A DNA stretch of 64,000 nt, from the NCBI GenBank assembly GCA_002269645.1, contig NIVC01001992.1, positions 1 through 64,000 on the forward strand. Reading direction: 5' to 3'. Below, one piece after another: positions 1 through 10,301 of the stretch. This DNA comes from Macrostomum lignano (Eukaryota). Under the pieces are notes generated by a model that saw nothing but the letters and a program-made list of their open reading frames with translations, was not told the DNA's origin and did not search any database. Every line of letters begins with the position of its first letter. The stretch's first letter is position 1. A program made the position numbers and the translations under genes.

Positions 1-159
1 GACAGATATATTTTCTTCGGGCAGATAATTCAAACAAAAATGAATTTATGTTTCGGGATACATTTCTTACTCTGACGCCATATTCAGCTTTAAAAATTTG
101 TAAGCAGAATTTTTCTGACCCAAAGAAAAAAAAATTGGCATGAATGCAGTGTGTCAAAA

Positions 160-540
160 GACGAATTCATTGGCACCCATTACAAACACATTTTGGAAGC
201 AAATATCTCGGGAAATACAAAAGGAAATCACGTGTCTAAGATGTCATTGCAAAGCTGAGACATGCGTCAAGAAGTGATAAAAGTTTCAGAGCAAATGATT
301 GAAGCATTGAGACGCAGCGATAAATCAAAGTTTTGGTTTATCTTGGTTGAAGATCGTTGATCAACAAAAACTTTGATTTATCGCTGTGTCTCAATGCTTC
401 AATCATTTGCTCTGAAACTTTTATCACTTCTGACGCATGTCTCAGCTTTGCAATGACATCTTAGACACATGATTTCCTTTTGTATTTCCCGAGATATTTG
501 CTTCCAAAATGTGTCTGTAATGGGTGCCAATGAATTCGTC
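160..540. mobile_element. Foldback/MITE-like long inverted repeat
   Basis: Arms 160-334 and 367-540 are near-perfect reverse complements (~175 nt, 32-nt spacer). GACAGATAT at 1-9 pairs with 557-565, so it probably extends beyond the window. A degenerate relative lies at ~23036-23220. Confidence 0.75.
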
Positions 541-3209
541 TGAATCTGTCGGGTGAATATCTGTCGGGGAACCCACACATTTCTAGATAAGATGGACATA
601 TTTGGAAAATAGAAAAGAGTCAATATTTTGCTTACCATTGCCTTATCAGCCATTTTTTTGCCAAATGTTTTAGGTGTGTAATATATACAATCTAAGAATA
701 TATTAATGGTAAAATGTTGGATTAGTATATTATCAATAGGCAAAAAGTCATTTTTGGAAAAATTTGGACATTTTTCTAAGCAAAAGACATCATTAACTTT
801 GTGTACCTTTTAAAAACAAATAGAAAGCTTTGGGAGTTTGAAATAAACTATAGATAAAATTATAGTACTTGCATAATCAGATAAAAACATTAGCAACCAG
901 ATAATCTATATATTTTTATATATTGATACCTCAAAGTTACTAAATTGACAGAAAAAAATATGTTACGACCATAATGTTATAACCATAAGGCTGCCTTTTC
1001 TTTTTTATCTTTGTTGCCTTTATGAGTTTATATATTCTAATAAAAGAATATGATTTCTAAAGATGTTCTTAGTCAAATTTAAAAAATGTATTGCAAAATA
1101 TCAAAAATGAAAAATGTTATAAGACTTTTATCTTTTAGTTTCTGTGTCAAAAATCCTGTTGTTAGTGCCATTCAAGGTTTAATAGCATCTATACTAATGA
1201 TGATATCTATATGAAACTATATTAGTATATAAATATATTATTGACAAAATAATCCTTTATTCAAAATATTGGTTTACTATTATTAGATTTCATTTTATAA
1301 GTAAAAATAGCCTGTCATGTTATGACCATAATTATATGGAATGGCCCTATAGCATGTAGTCTAAGTCATTTTGTATACCAGAGTTTTCTAGTGCATACAT
1401 GTATACCATCTAGAGTCTTGTGTGCAAACAAAATTTTTCTGATAAGATTTGTTCTGGCACTTGGCACAATCAAACTCTTATGATAGGATTCATTCTAGCA
1501 CAGGTGTGCCATGATCCTATGGCTGTGGCACACATGGTGCACCTTCCTGACCATGGCATTGGATGGTTCCTTTAGAAATTTATGTCAAGAAATAATTATA
1601 GTACAAAAAAACAAATTACCTATATGGCCTAATGAAGAAACTAACTTCAACATATGCGGTATGCCTAGTAATATTAAAATTATTGCTTCAATGCCAAGCC
1701 AAGGCCAGGGCTGCTAGGCCCCCTCCAGGGTCCTGATCCTGACTACATGTCTATATGTGGAATAAAATATTTGTTTAAATTATTCTATTGAATTAAAATC
1801 GTATATACAATTTATTTTTACACCTTTAACTGCGTGCAAATTGATAAATTATTTTCTATTCATCAGCTTTTGAAAAGTTAACTTACTGTGAAAAAATACG
1901 AGCAATAATATTAGGTAGCATGATGCTTTCTTTATTATCTCTTTCGAGGGGAGCTAATATCAAGAAGCTGCTTGCAAGAGCGAAATATTGAAACTCAGAT
2001 GATATTAGCTTCAGTTTAGTTAAAATAACAAACCGAAACTGAATCAAACAGGTATTAAAGGCATAATTCAAAGACCTACGGTGTCTATTTACTTCATTTC
2101 TAGGAATTATAAAAACTGAAAAGGAATTTCACTTAACAAAATAGATAATAGAGCAATTTAATAACTTGTATTTATTGTGTAAATTTATTTCTATATAGTT
2201 AATCGTTTACTTAATGAACTTAAACTTAAAACTTAAACTTAATGAGTTTTTAAAAATAATAAATCAATTTTGAACTCCCTGGCCACGAAAAGGACCGAGA
2301 TTGGTTATTCAGATGTGGCAAAATATGTCAAGCCCAGATGTTTAATATTAAGACAATTTTTAAACGTCTTCTTACTTCGGATTAGCTCGGCGATAAGATG
2401 AATACTTTCATTGTGGAAATCTACCGTTCAAAAGTGAGACAATAATATCCTTGAGCAGACCAGGAATTAATTACAGTACTCGTATGGTTATGCAGTTAAA
2501 CGAGTTTTCATGAGCGACATGTAGTAAATGTCAATATTTTGCAGCCAAGTACTTCAGAAGATTCGACAAAATTTAAATCGTCTTTTGCAACGACTTTACT
2601 TGCGCAGCATTATCGCTTAATGCATGTAAGTGATACATATACATGTAAGTGACTGGCATCTTGGGCATGCACATGGATTTGATTAGGCTGTTACAATGCA
2701 CACTGTTAAAATATTTAAACTTTGTATTGGGCCGTTTTAGGTGGCACCTGGCTGGCCGTACTTCAAGAAATTATGCATTAAAAATTAAGTTAACTGACTC
2801 ATACATCATTTTTATGGCGAATTACAAGCCTACCGAAACTGTGTAAATAGGATATACTGAACTAAACGTTTATTGACAAGTAGACATGTATATGTAACTT
2901 TTGTGACAGTAGTTCGGGTAATACATGCATAAAAATGGTGCAATACAACATTTAGAAAAGAAAGCGTAATTAGTACTCGTATACATTTGTTGCAATAGCA
3001 ACGAGACTCAATTAACACCCCGAATACAGAAGCAGTGCAGTGAGGGAATGGGTGTTAGAAAAAGTAAAATAAAAAGGCACATAACAAAACTTTGAGTATA
3101 TGACTGAAAAATTAAAGATATAAAACAGACAAATAAATTGCACAACAACAAATAAGGCTTTGACCATAATTTAACACCGTAAAATTAGTTTGAACAAGCT
3201 AAAATAGCC

Positions 3210-6200
3210 TTAATGCCAACGAAGCTTAACAGTTTCATCAGATCTATCTGCTGTTGAATGAGTCGAATTAGGTGCCATCGAGGAGTTTCTGTTCGAGCAG
3301 TGCGGCTCGCGACTTGGTCGCTTCAAAGAATAAATCAGGAAGTCCAGCACGTACATCTGTCGAGGGGTTACGTAGTGAAACGATATCGAGGTATCGCTAC
3401 AGCATTCGGGACCCTGGAATTAAAGGTGGTGTGGGAAGATGCTTTTTACTAACAACTGCTTAAACACAATGGGAATTTCTGTTTAGGCATAACCAAGGTA
3501 CAGAACTCTGAGCCCCAGTCTGAGCACAGGGTGGAGTCCAGTCTGAGCACAGGGTGGAGTCCCAGTCTGAGCACAGGGTGGAGTCCCAGTCTGAGCACAG
3601 GGTGGAGTCCCAGTCTGAGCACAGGGTGGAGTCCCAGTCTGAGCACAGGGTGGAGTCCCAGTCTGAGCACAGGGTGGAGTCCCAGTCTGAGCACAGGGTA
3701 GAGAGTCCCAGTCTGAGCACAGGGTAGAGAGTCCCAGTCTGAGCACAGGGTGGAGAGTCCCAGTCTGAGCACAGGGTGGAGTCCCAGTCTGAGCACAGGG
3801 TGGAGTCCCAGTCTGAGCACAGGGTGGAGTCCCAGTCTGAGCACAGGGTGGAGTCCCAGCTCCATCGTATCAGCTCACCTCTCGCAGAGGATAATAATTG
3901 TAGCGGCGCAGCCAGTTACCAGGCGGAATGCCGCCCGGAGGCAGGTGTTGCTCGGGCTGGAACGGGTGAAATCTCTCTCGGCCAAGGCTGTCCAGCGAGT
4001 TCAGCACGCGTACGCCGAGCATGTTCATACAGGAGCCTGGGATCAGTGCGTTAGTAGTGAGATATATAAAAATTTCATGTAGTACTAGACTACTGGTATA
4101 TAAAACAATATTTAATTTTTTAAAGTAGTTGCAAGACTTATAGTCCAAAAAGTACTTTCAAAGTTTATAGTCCAGAATAGTACTTTCAAATCAAAGGATA
4201 TGCTTCTGGAGGTCTAGGATGTTTATAAAAATTAAAGAAACAGTTTTAAAGTGCAATATCTACTTTAGAAAGCTCTCCTAAAGGCCTCTTAAGATTGCAG
4301 GATGATTCCAATAAAGTACACGAAGCACTTTAACATCGGAGCAAGCGCGCACCCAGATTAACGTCCTCGCTAATAAACTGGCCAGAGCAGGCGGAGTCCC
4401 GGCTAGGCAGGCCCAGGTCAACAAATTTGCGCACGGCTGCTCTAGACAGCACGTAGCCGGCCCCGCCGGACATGTAACCCTGCCGGACAAATGGCCGGAA
4501 TCTCCGGCCGCTGTACAACGGCTCGTCGGGATCAGCGTCGGCCAGCAGACTGCGCAGGTTGTCAATCACTACGTAGGTGTCGTCGTCGGCCTTCAAAAAG
4601 AAATCGTACTTGGCTAGAAGGCCGCTGCGTTGAAGATAGCTCAGAGCCGCTGTGGTCTTCTTCCACAGATTGGCCCGACCTTCGGGCACGTCCAGGGCTG
4701 CGGAGGTGGCCAGTTTGAGCAGGATGTGCTTGGGATTCGGAGGCACTGATCTACCAGTGACCAACTTGGGATTCGGAGGCACTGATCTACCACAGTGACC
4801 AACTTGGGATTCAGAGGCACTGATCTACCAGTGACCAACTTGGGATTCGGAGGCACTGATCTACCACAGTGACCAACTTGGGATTCAGAGGCACTGATCT
4901 ACCACAGTGACCAACTTGAGATTCGGAGGCACTGATCTACCACAGTGACCAACTTGGGATTCAGAGGCACTGATCTACCAGTGACCAACTTGAGATTTGG
5001 AGGCACTGATCTACCACAGTGACCAACTTGGGATTCAGAGGCACTGATCTACCACAGTGACCAACTTGAGATTCGGAGGCACTGATCTACCACAGTGACC
5101 AACTTGGGATTCGGAGGCACTGATCTACCACAGTGACCAACTTGAGATTCGGAGGCACTGATCTACCACAGTGACCAACTTGGGATTCGGAGGCACTGAT
5201 CTACCACAGTGACCAACTTGAGATTCGGAGGCACTGATCTACCACAGTGACCAACTTGAGATTCGGAGGCACTGATCTACCACAGTGACCAACTTGAGAT
5301 TCGGAGGCACTGATCTACCACAGTGACCAACTTGAGATTCGGAGGCACTGATCTACCACAGTGACCAACTTGGGATTCAGAGGCACTGATCTACCACAGT
5401 GACCAACTTGGGATTCAGAGGCACTGATCTACCACAGTGACCAACTTGGGATGCAAAGGCACTGATCTACCACAGTGACCAACTTGAGATTCGGAGGCAC
5501 TGATCTACCACAGTGACCAACTTGGGATTTGGAGGCACTGATCTACCACAGTGACCAACTTGGGATTCAGAGGCACTGATCTACCACAGTGACCAATTGG
5601 GATTCAGAGGCACTGATCTACCAGTGACCAACTTGGGATTCAGAGGCACTGATCTACCACAGTGACCAACTTGGGATGCAAAGGCACTGATCTACCACAG
5701 TGACCAACTTGAGATTCAGAGGCACTGATCTACCAGTGACCAACTTGGGATGCAAAGGCACTGATCTACCACAGTGACCAACTTGGGATTCGGAGGCACT
5801 GATCTACCACAGTGGCAAACTGAGGTTGAAGAAGCGCAAACAGATTACCATGAGAGCTCACCAACAGAAGGCAGAGACGGATCAGAAACGGTGCTCATAA
5901 AGGTGTACCCGTTGCATCTGGACAACCAGGTTGACTTCACGTGATAAGCCTTACTGGCGTGATTCTCCGGCGAGGTGACTACCCAGCAGAAAATTCGAAC
6001 CCGCGACCATAGTGGATCGCCGCTAGACCGAGGCTGTTTCTTGACAGACTGCGGCCCGGGCTGCAGTGGCTGCTGGAGCTCCACATGTGGCAGATAGGCC
6101 TGAGAGGCTGGACGCCAGCAGTTGCGCTGTTGCCAGGCCGGGAACAGGCCCAGACTGATGATGCTGCCCAGGCAGAAGGAGACTGCGCAGCTGCCTAGCA

Positions 6201-6216
6201 ACAGGCAGTTCCGCAT
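3210..6216 (-). CDS. C1GALT1: Glycoprotein-N-acetylgalactosamine 3-beta-galactosyltransferase 1 (core 1 T-synthase), 353 aa; exons 6216-5862, 4697-4353, 4036-3879, 3413-3210
   Basis: GT-AG splicing gives an open frame. It has an N-terminal TM anchor and the family motifs CWVVTSPENH, FLKADDDTY, GYMSGGAGYVLS, EDVNLG, GRERFHPF and CCSDTSISFHYV. Confidence 0.93.
3514..3859. repeat. 24-nt minisatellite (CCCAGTCTGAGCACAGGGTGGAGT), ~14 copies, C1GALT1 intron 3
   Basis: Direct tandem periodicity. Confidence 0.97.
4729..5814. repeat. 36-38-nt minisatellite (TTGGGATTCGGAGGCACTGATCTACCACAGTGACCAAC), ~28 copies, C1GALT1 intron 1
   Basis: Direct tandem periodicity; fills almost all of intron 4698-5861. 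Confidence 0.97.
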
Positions 6217-6283
6217 GGGCTGGATTGGGGAAGCGGTTGCCAGGGTAATTAGAGGCTAGTATTGGGACGATTCTATGCTTGAT

Positions 6284-6610
6284 GGGCGATTCTAGATAGC
6301 TGAGGGGCGATTCTAGATGGCTGAGGGGCGATTCTAGATGGCTGAGGGGCGATTCTAGATAGCTGAGGGGCAATTCTAGATGGCTGAGGGGCGATTTTAG
6401 ATGGCTGCTGGTTGATTAAATATGGCTGATTAGCGATTCTAGATGGCTGAGGGGCGATTCTAGATGGCTGAGGGGCGATTCTAGATGGCTGAGGGGCGAT
6501 TCTAGATGGCCCATGGGCGATTCTAGATGGCTCATGGGCGATTCTAGATGGCTGCTGGTTGATTAAATATGGCTGATTGGCGATTCTAGATGGCTGCTGG
6601 ACGATTCTAG
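6284..6610. repeat. 21-nt minisatellite (GGGCGATTCTAGATGGCTGAG) upstream of C1GALT1
   Basis: Tandem periodicity with interruptions; GCGATT core. Confidence 0.93.
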
Positions 6611-6814
6611 AGAGAACTGCTTATAGTTACTTGTAAACATAAAATTATGAGAACACAAATGAACAATCCATAAAATTGGCTAATCTATAAGGTTCACATT
6701 TATTCTATAAAAAATTCGAAATTTATAAGTAAGAACAATGGTACAAAATTAGCATGACGTACATGCGCTGAACAACGAGCGCAATTATGATAGCTATTAC
6801 AGTATGATTCCTAC

Positions 6815-7477
6815 CATAGACTGTAGGGCGATGCTTATCATAGACCGAAGGGCGATTCCTATCTTAGACCGTAGGGCGATTCCTACCATGGACCGTAGGG
6901 CGATTCCCATGAAGGACCGTAGGGCGATTCCCATGAAGGACCGTAGGGCGATTCCCATGAAGGACCGTAGGGCGATTCCCATGAAGGACCGTAGGGCGAT
7001 TTCCATGAAGGACCGTAGGGCGATTCTCATGAAGGACCGTAGGGCGATTTCCATGAAGGACCGTAGGGCGATTCCTACCATGGACCGTAGGGCGATTCCT
7101 ACCATGGACCGTAGGGCGATTCCTACCATGGACCGTAGGGCGATTCCTACCATGGACCGTAGGGCGATTCCCATGAAGGACCGTAGGGCGATTCCCATGA
7201 AGGACCGTAGGGCGATTCCCATGAAGGACCGTAGGGCGATTCCCATGAAGGACCGTATGGCGATTCCCATGAAGGACCGTATGGCGATTCCATGAAGGAC
7301 CGTAGGGCGATTCTCATGAAGGACCGTAGGGCGATTTCCATGAAGGATCGTAGGGCGATTCCTATAATAGACCGTATGGCGATTCCCATGAAGGACCGTA
7401 GGGCGATTCCTACCATAGACCGTAGGGCGATTCCTACCATAGACCGTAGGGCGATTCCTATTATAGACGATAGGGCG
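6815..7477. repeat. 24-nt minisatellite (GACCGTAGGGCGATTCCCATGAAG), ~27 copies, downstream of the ECI1 stop
   Basis: Tandem periodicity; GCGATT core. Confidence 0.96.
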
Positions 7478-7534
7478 AGTCACAGGCTCAAAAAATGTCA
7501 GAATTATCCACACGCAGAGCATTATTATGATGAA

Positions 7535-9492
7535 TCAAGCCTTCTTAGCCTTGAGCTTATCCAGGTACTGGCCCAGCTGTGCCTGCACCCTACTATCCAG
7601 CACGTAGTCGCAGAAAGCGTTCATATCCTCCTGTCTGGCACTGTCCAACCGGTTAATCAAATTCGACCTGAGCATCCGCTTTACATCGGCTCGAGCTCGG
7701 GGCGACACGGCCAGATAGCGGCTAAGCGTTGATTCCGTCTTCTTCAATAGTTCGGCTTCGTTATCGAATAATTCGTCAACTAAACCGGCTTCGAGCGCGG
7801 CCTGCGGACCGATCAGCTGGCCGGCAGCAACCAGACGCTCGCAGTTCCGATTGCCGGCAACAAAACGAAACAATTCAACCAGCCAGACGGGCGGAGCAAC
7901 TCCAAATTGGGTCTCGTTGAGGCCGGTGAGCAGTTTGGGATTGCTGGACATCAGGCGGTAGTCGCTAGATAGGGACAGGGCCATTGCGCCGGCCATGCAG
8001 TGGCCCTGGGAATGCCAGGTGTCAATTGTTACCCGTGTGACTTCTGGCTGCAAGCTTGTTTCACCTGTTCTCACCTGTTGACTAGTTTCACCTGTTCTCA
8101 CCTGTTGACTAGTTTCACCTATTCTCACCTGTTGACTAGTTTCACCTGTTCTCACCTTTTGACTAGTTTCACCTGTTGACTAGTTTCACCTGTTGACTAA
8201 TTTTACCTGTTAACTTGTTTCACCCGTTGACTAGTTTTACCTGTTCTCACCTATTGACTAGTTTCACCTGTTCTCACCTGTTGACTAGTTTCACCTGTTC
8301 ACACCTGTTGACTAGTTTCACCTGTTCACACCTGTTGACTAGTTTCACCTGTTCACACCTGTTGACTAATTTCACCTGTTGACTTGTTTCACCTGTTCTC
8401 ACCTGTTGACTAGCTTTACCTGTTCTCACCTATTGACTAGCTTCACCTGTTGACTTGTTTCACCTGTTGACTTGTTTCACCTGTTGACTTGTTTCACCTG
8501 TTCTCACCTGTTGACTAATTTCACCTGTTGACTTGTTTCACCTGTTGACTAGTTTTACCTGTTCTCACCTATTGACTAGTTTCACCTGTTCTCACCTGTT
8601 AACTAGCTTCATCTGTTCTCACCTGTTGACTAGTTTCACCTGTTCTCACCTGTTGAAAAATTTCACCTGTTCTCACCTGTTGACTAGTTTTACCTGTTCT
8701 CGCCTATTGACTAGCTTCATCTGTTGACTTGTTTCACCTGTTGACTAATTTCACCCGTTGACTTTTTCACCTGTTCTCACCTTTTGACTTATTTCACCCG
8801 TTGACTTTTTCACCTGTTCTCACCTTTTGACTAATTTCACCCGTTGACTTGTTTCACATGTTCTCACCTGTTGACTTGTTTCACATGTTCTCACCTGTTG
8901 ACTAATTTCACCTGTTGACTAGTTTCACCTGTTGACTAATTTCACCTGTTCTCATCTGTTGACTAATTTCACCTGTTGACTAGTTTCACCTGTTCTCATC
9001 TGTTGACTAGTTGCACTGTTGTTTATTCGGTAGGCATTTTACCTGTGACCGAATTTCCCAGCTAGTAATCACAACAAATCTCACCTGAATCTGAGCAATC
9101 ACAACAAATCTCACCTGAATCTGAGCAATCACAACCAAATCTGTGCCAAATAGGTTCAAGAACAGCTCCTGAATCTCAGTGTAGAACTCTATGAGCCGCT
9201 CCCTATTGCTACCAGCCAGTTCCGTCAGCTCGAATCCGGCGCTAAAAATGCCAGCCAGCTGAGACCGCAGCAGCACGGCCCGAGCGCCGGACTTCTCAGC
9301 CTGTAGCAGCGCCTTGTTGAACTGGGCGGCCAGCTCGCCGTTCATAGCGTTGGCCGGCTTGCGGCAGAGCTCGATTGAAACGACGCCGTCCGAGGCGGAC
9401 TGTTCGCGCAGCTGCACCAGTTGAGAGGAGCCGGACAGCAAGCGGCGGCAGCCGGACACGGCTACTCGGCTGAACAGTCGGGTTGGCAGCAT
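7535..9492 (-). CDS. ECI1: Mitochondrial enoyl-CoA delta isomerase 1, 282 aa; exons 9492-9115 and 8005-7535
   Basis: Arg/Ser/Leu-rich transit-like N-terminus and crotonase motifs IFSAGFEL, IQ|GHCMAG, SDYRLM, GLNETQFG (catalytic Glu), AALEAGLVDE. Phase-0 GT-AG intron. Confidence 0.9.
8055..9008. repeat. Composite 10/17-nt minisatellite (TCACCTGTTC / TCACCTGTTGACTAGTT), ECI1 intron
   Basis: Tandem periodicity; the sense strand reads CAGGTGAG/CAGGTGAA repeatedly. Confidence 0.95.
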
Positions 9493-9582
9493 CGCTGCGG
9501 GGTGCCCACTGTACTTTTATTTCTATGTTCCTAAATCATTATTCATAAACTTTACTATTATCAGAAATACTGTCAATACAAA

Positions 9583-9895
9583 CTTTGGCACCTGAGCGAT
9601 TTCCCATCAGCTTTGGCACCTGAGCGATTCCCCATCAGCTTTGGCACCTGAGCGATTCCCCATCAGCTTTGGCACCTGAGCGATTCCCCATCAGCTTTGG
9701 CACCTGAGCGATTCCCCATCAGCTTTGGCACCTGAGCGATTCCCCATCAGCTTTGGCACCTGAGCGATTCCCCATCAGCTTTGGCACCTGAGCGATTCCC
9801 CATCAGCTTTGGCACCTGAGCGATTCCCCATCAGTTTTGGCACCTGAGCGATTCCCCATCAGCTTTGGCACCTGAGCGATTCCCCATCAGCTTTC
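9583..9895. repeat. 28-nt minisatellite (TTGGCACCTGAGCGATTCCCCATCAGCT), 11 copies, upstream of ECI1
   Basis: Near-perfect tandem; GCGATT core. Confidence 0.97.
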
Positions 9896-10224
9896 GCATT
9901 TGAGAAAATCCACTATGAAACTTAGCAACTCATACCTCGTGCATTGTACAATTCATACCAAGCTTAGGAATAATCTATCCAGGCTAGTCAAAGAATGCCA
10001 CAGCTTAACAATCAAGTTCAAACAAAGCAAAATAAATTTATTGTTTGTTGAGAGCAAAGCAGCAGGCTCATACGGCCTCATTAAAACACGCAACGAGGCA
10101 GTATAAAAAACAGTAAACAAAAAAATTACGTTATAAACGCTAAAACAAAACAGACTTCGAGTAGTATAATACGCATTTTTTATCTATCTAATGTGCAATC
10201 ATACAAGCATCTCATCGCAATTTA

Positions 10225-10301
10225 AGTCAGTCAGTCAGTCAGTCAGTCAGTCAGTCAGTCAGTCAGTCAGTCAGTCAGTCAGTCAGTCAGTCAGTCAGTC
10301 A
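10225..10301. repeat. (CAGT)n microsatellite overlapping the stop codon of the ECI paralog
   Basis: Perfect tetramer run; on the minus strand GCC TGA CTGA CTGA... Confidence 0.97.

Noticed and set aside
5820-5861. 42-nt mini-intron in C1GALT1 using the acceptor-like TTCAACCTCAG at 5820
   Set aside because: Downstream sequence is the 38-mer array with stops; the acceptor at 4698 restores family-consistent sequence (PSVALDVPEGR).
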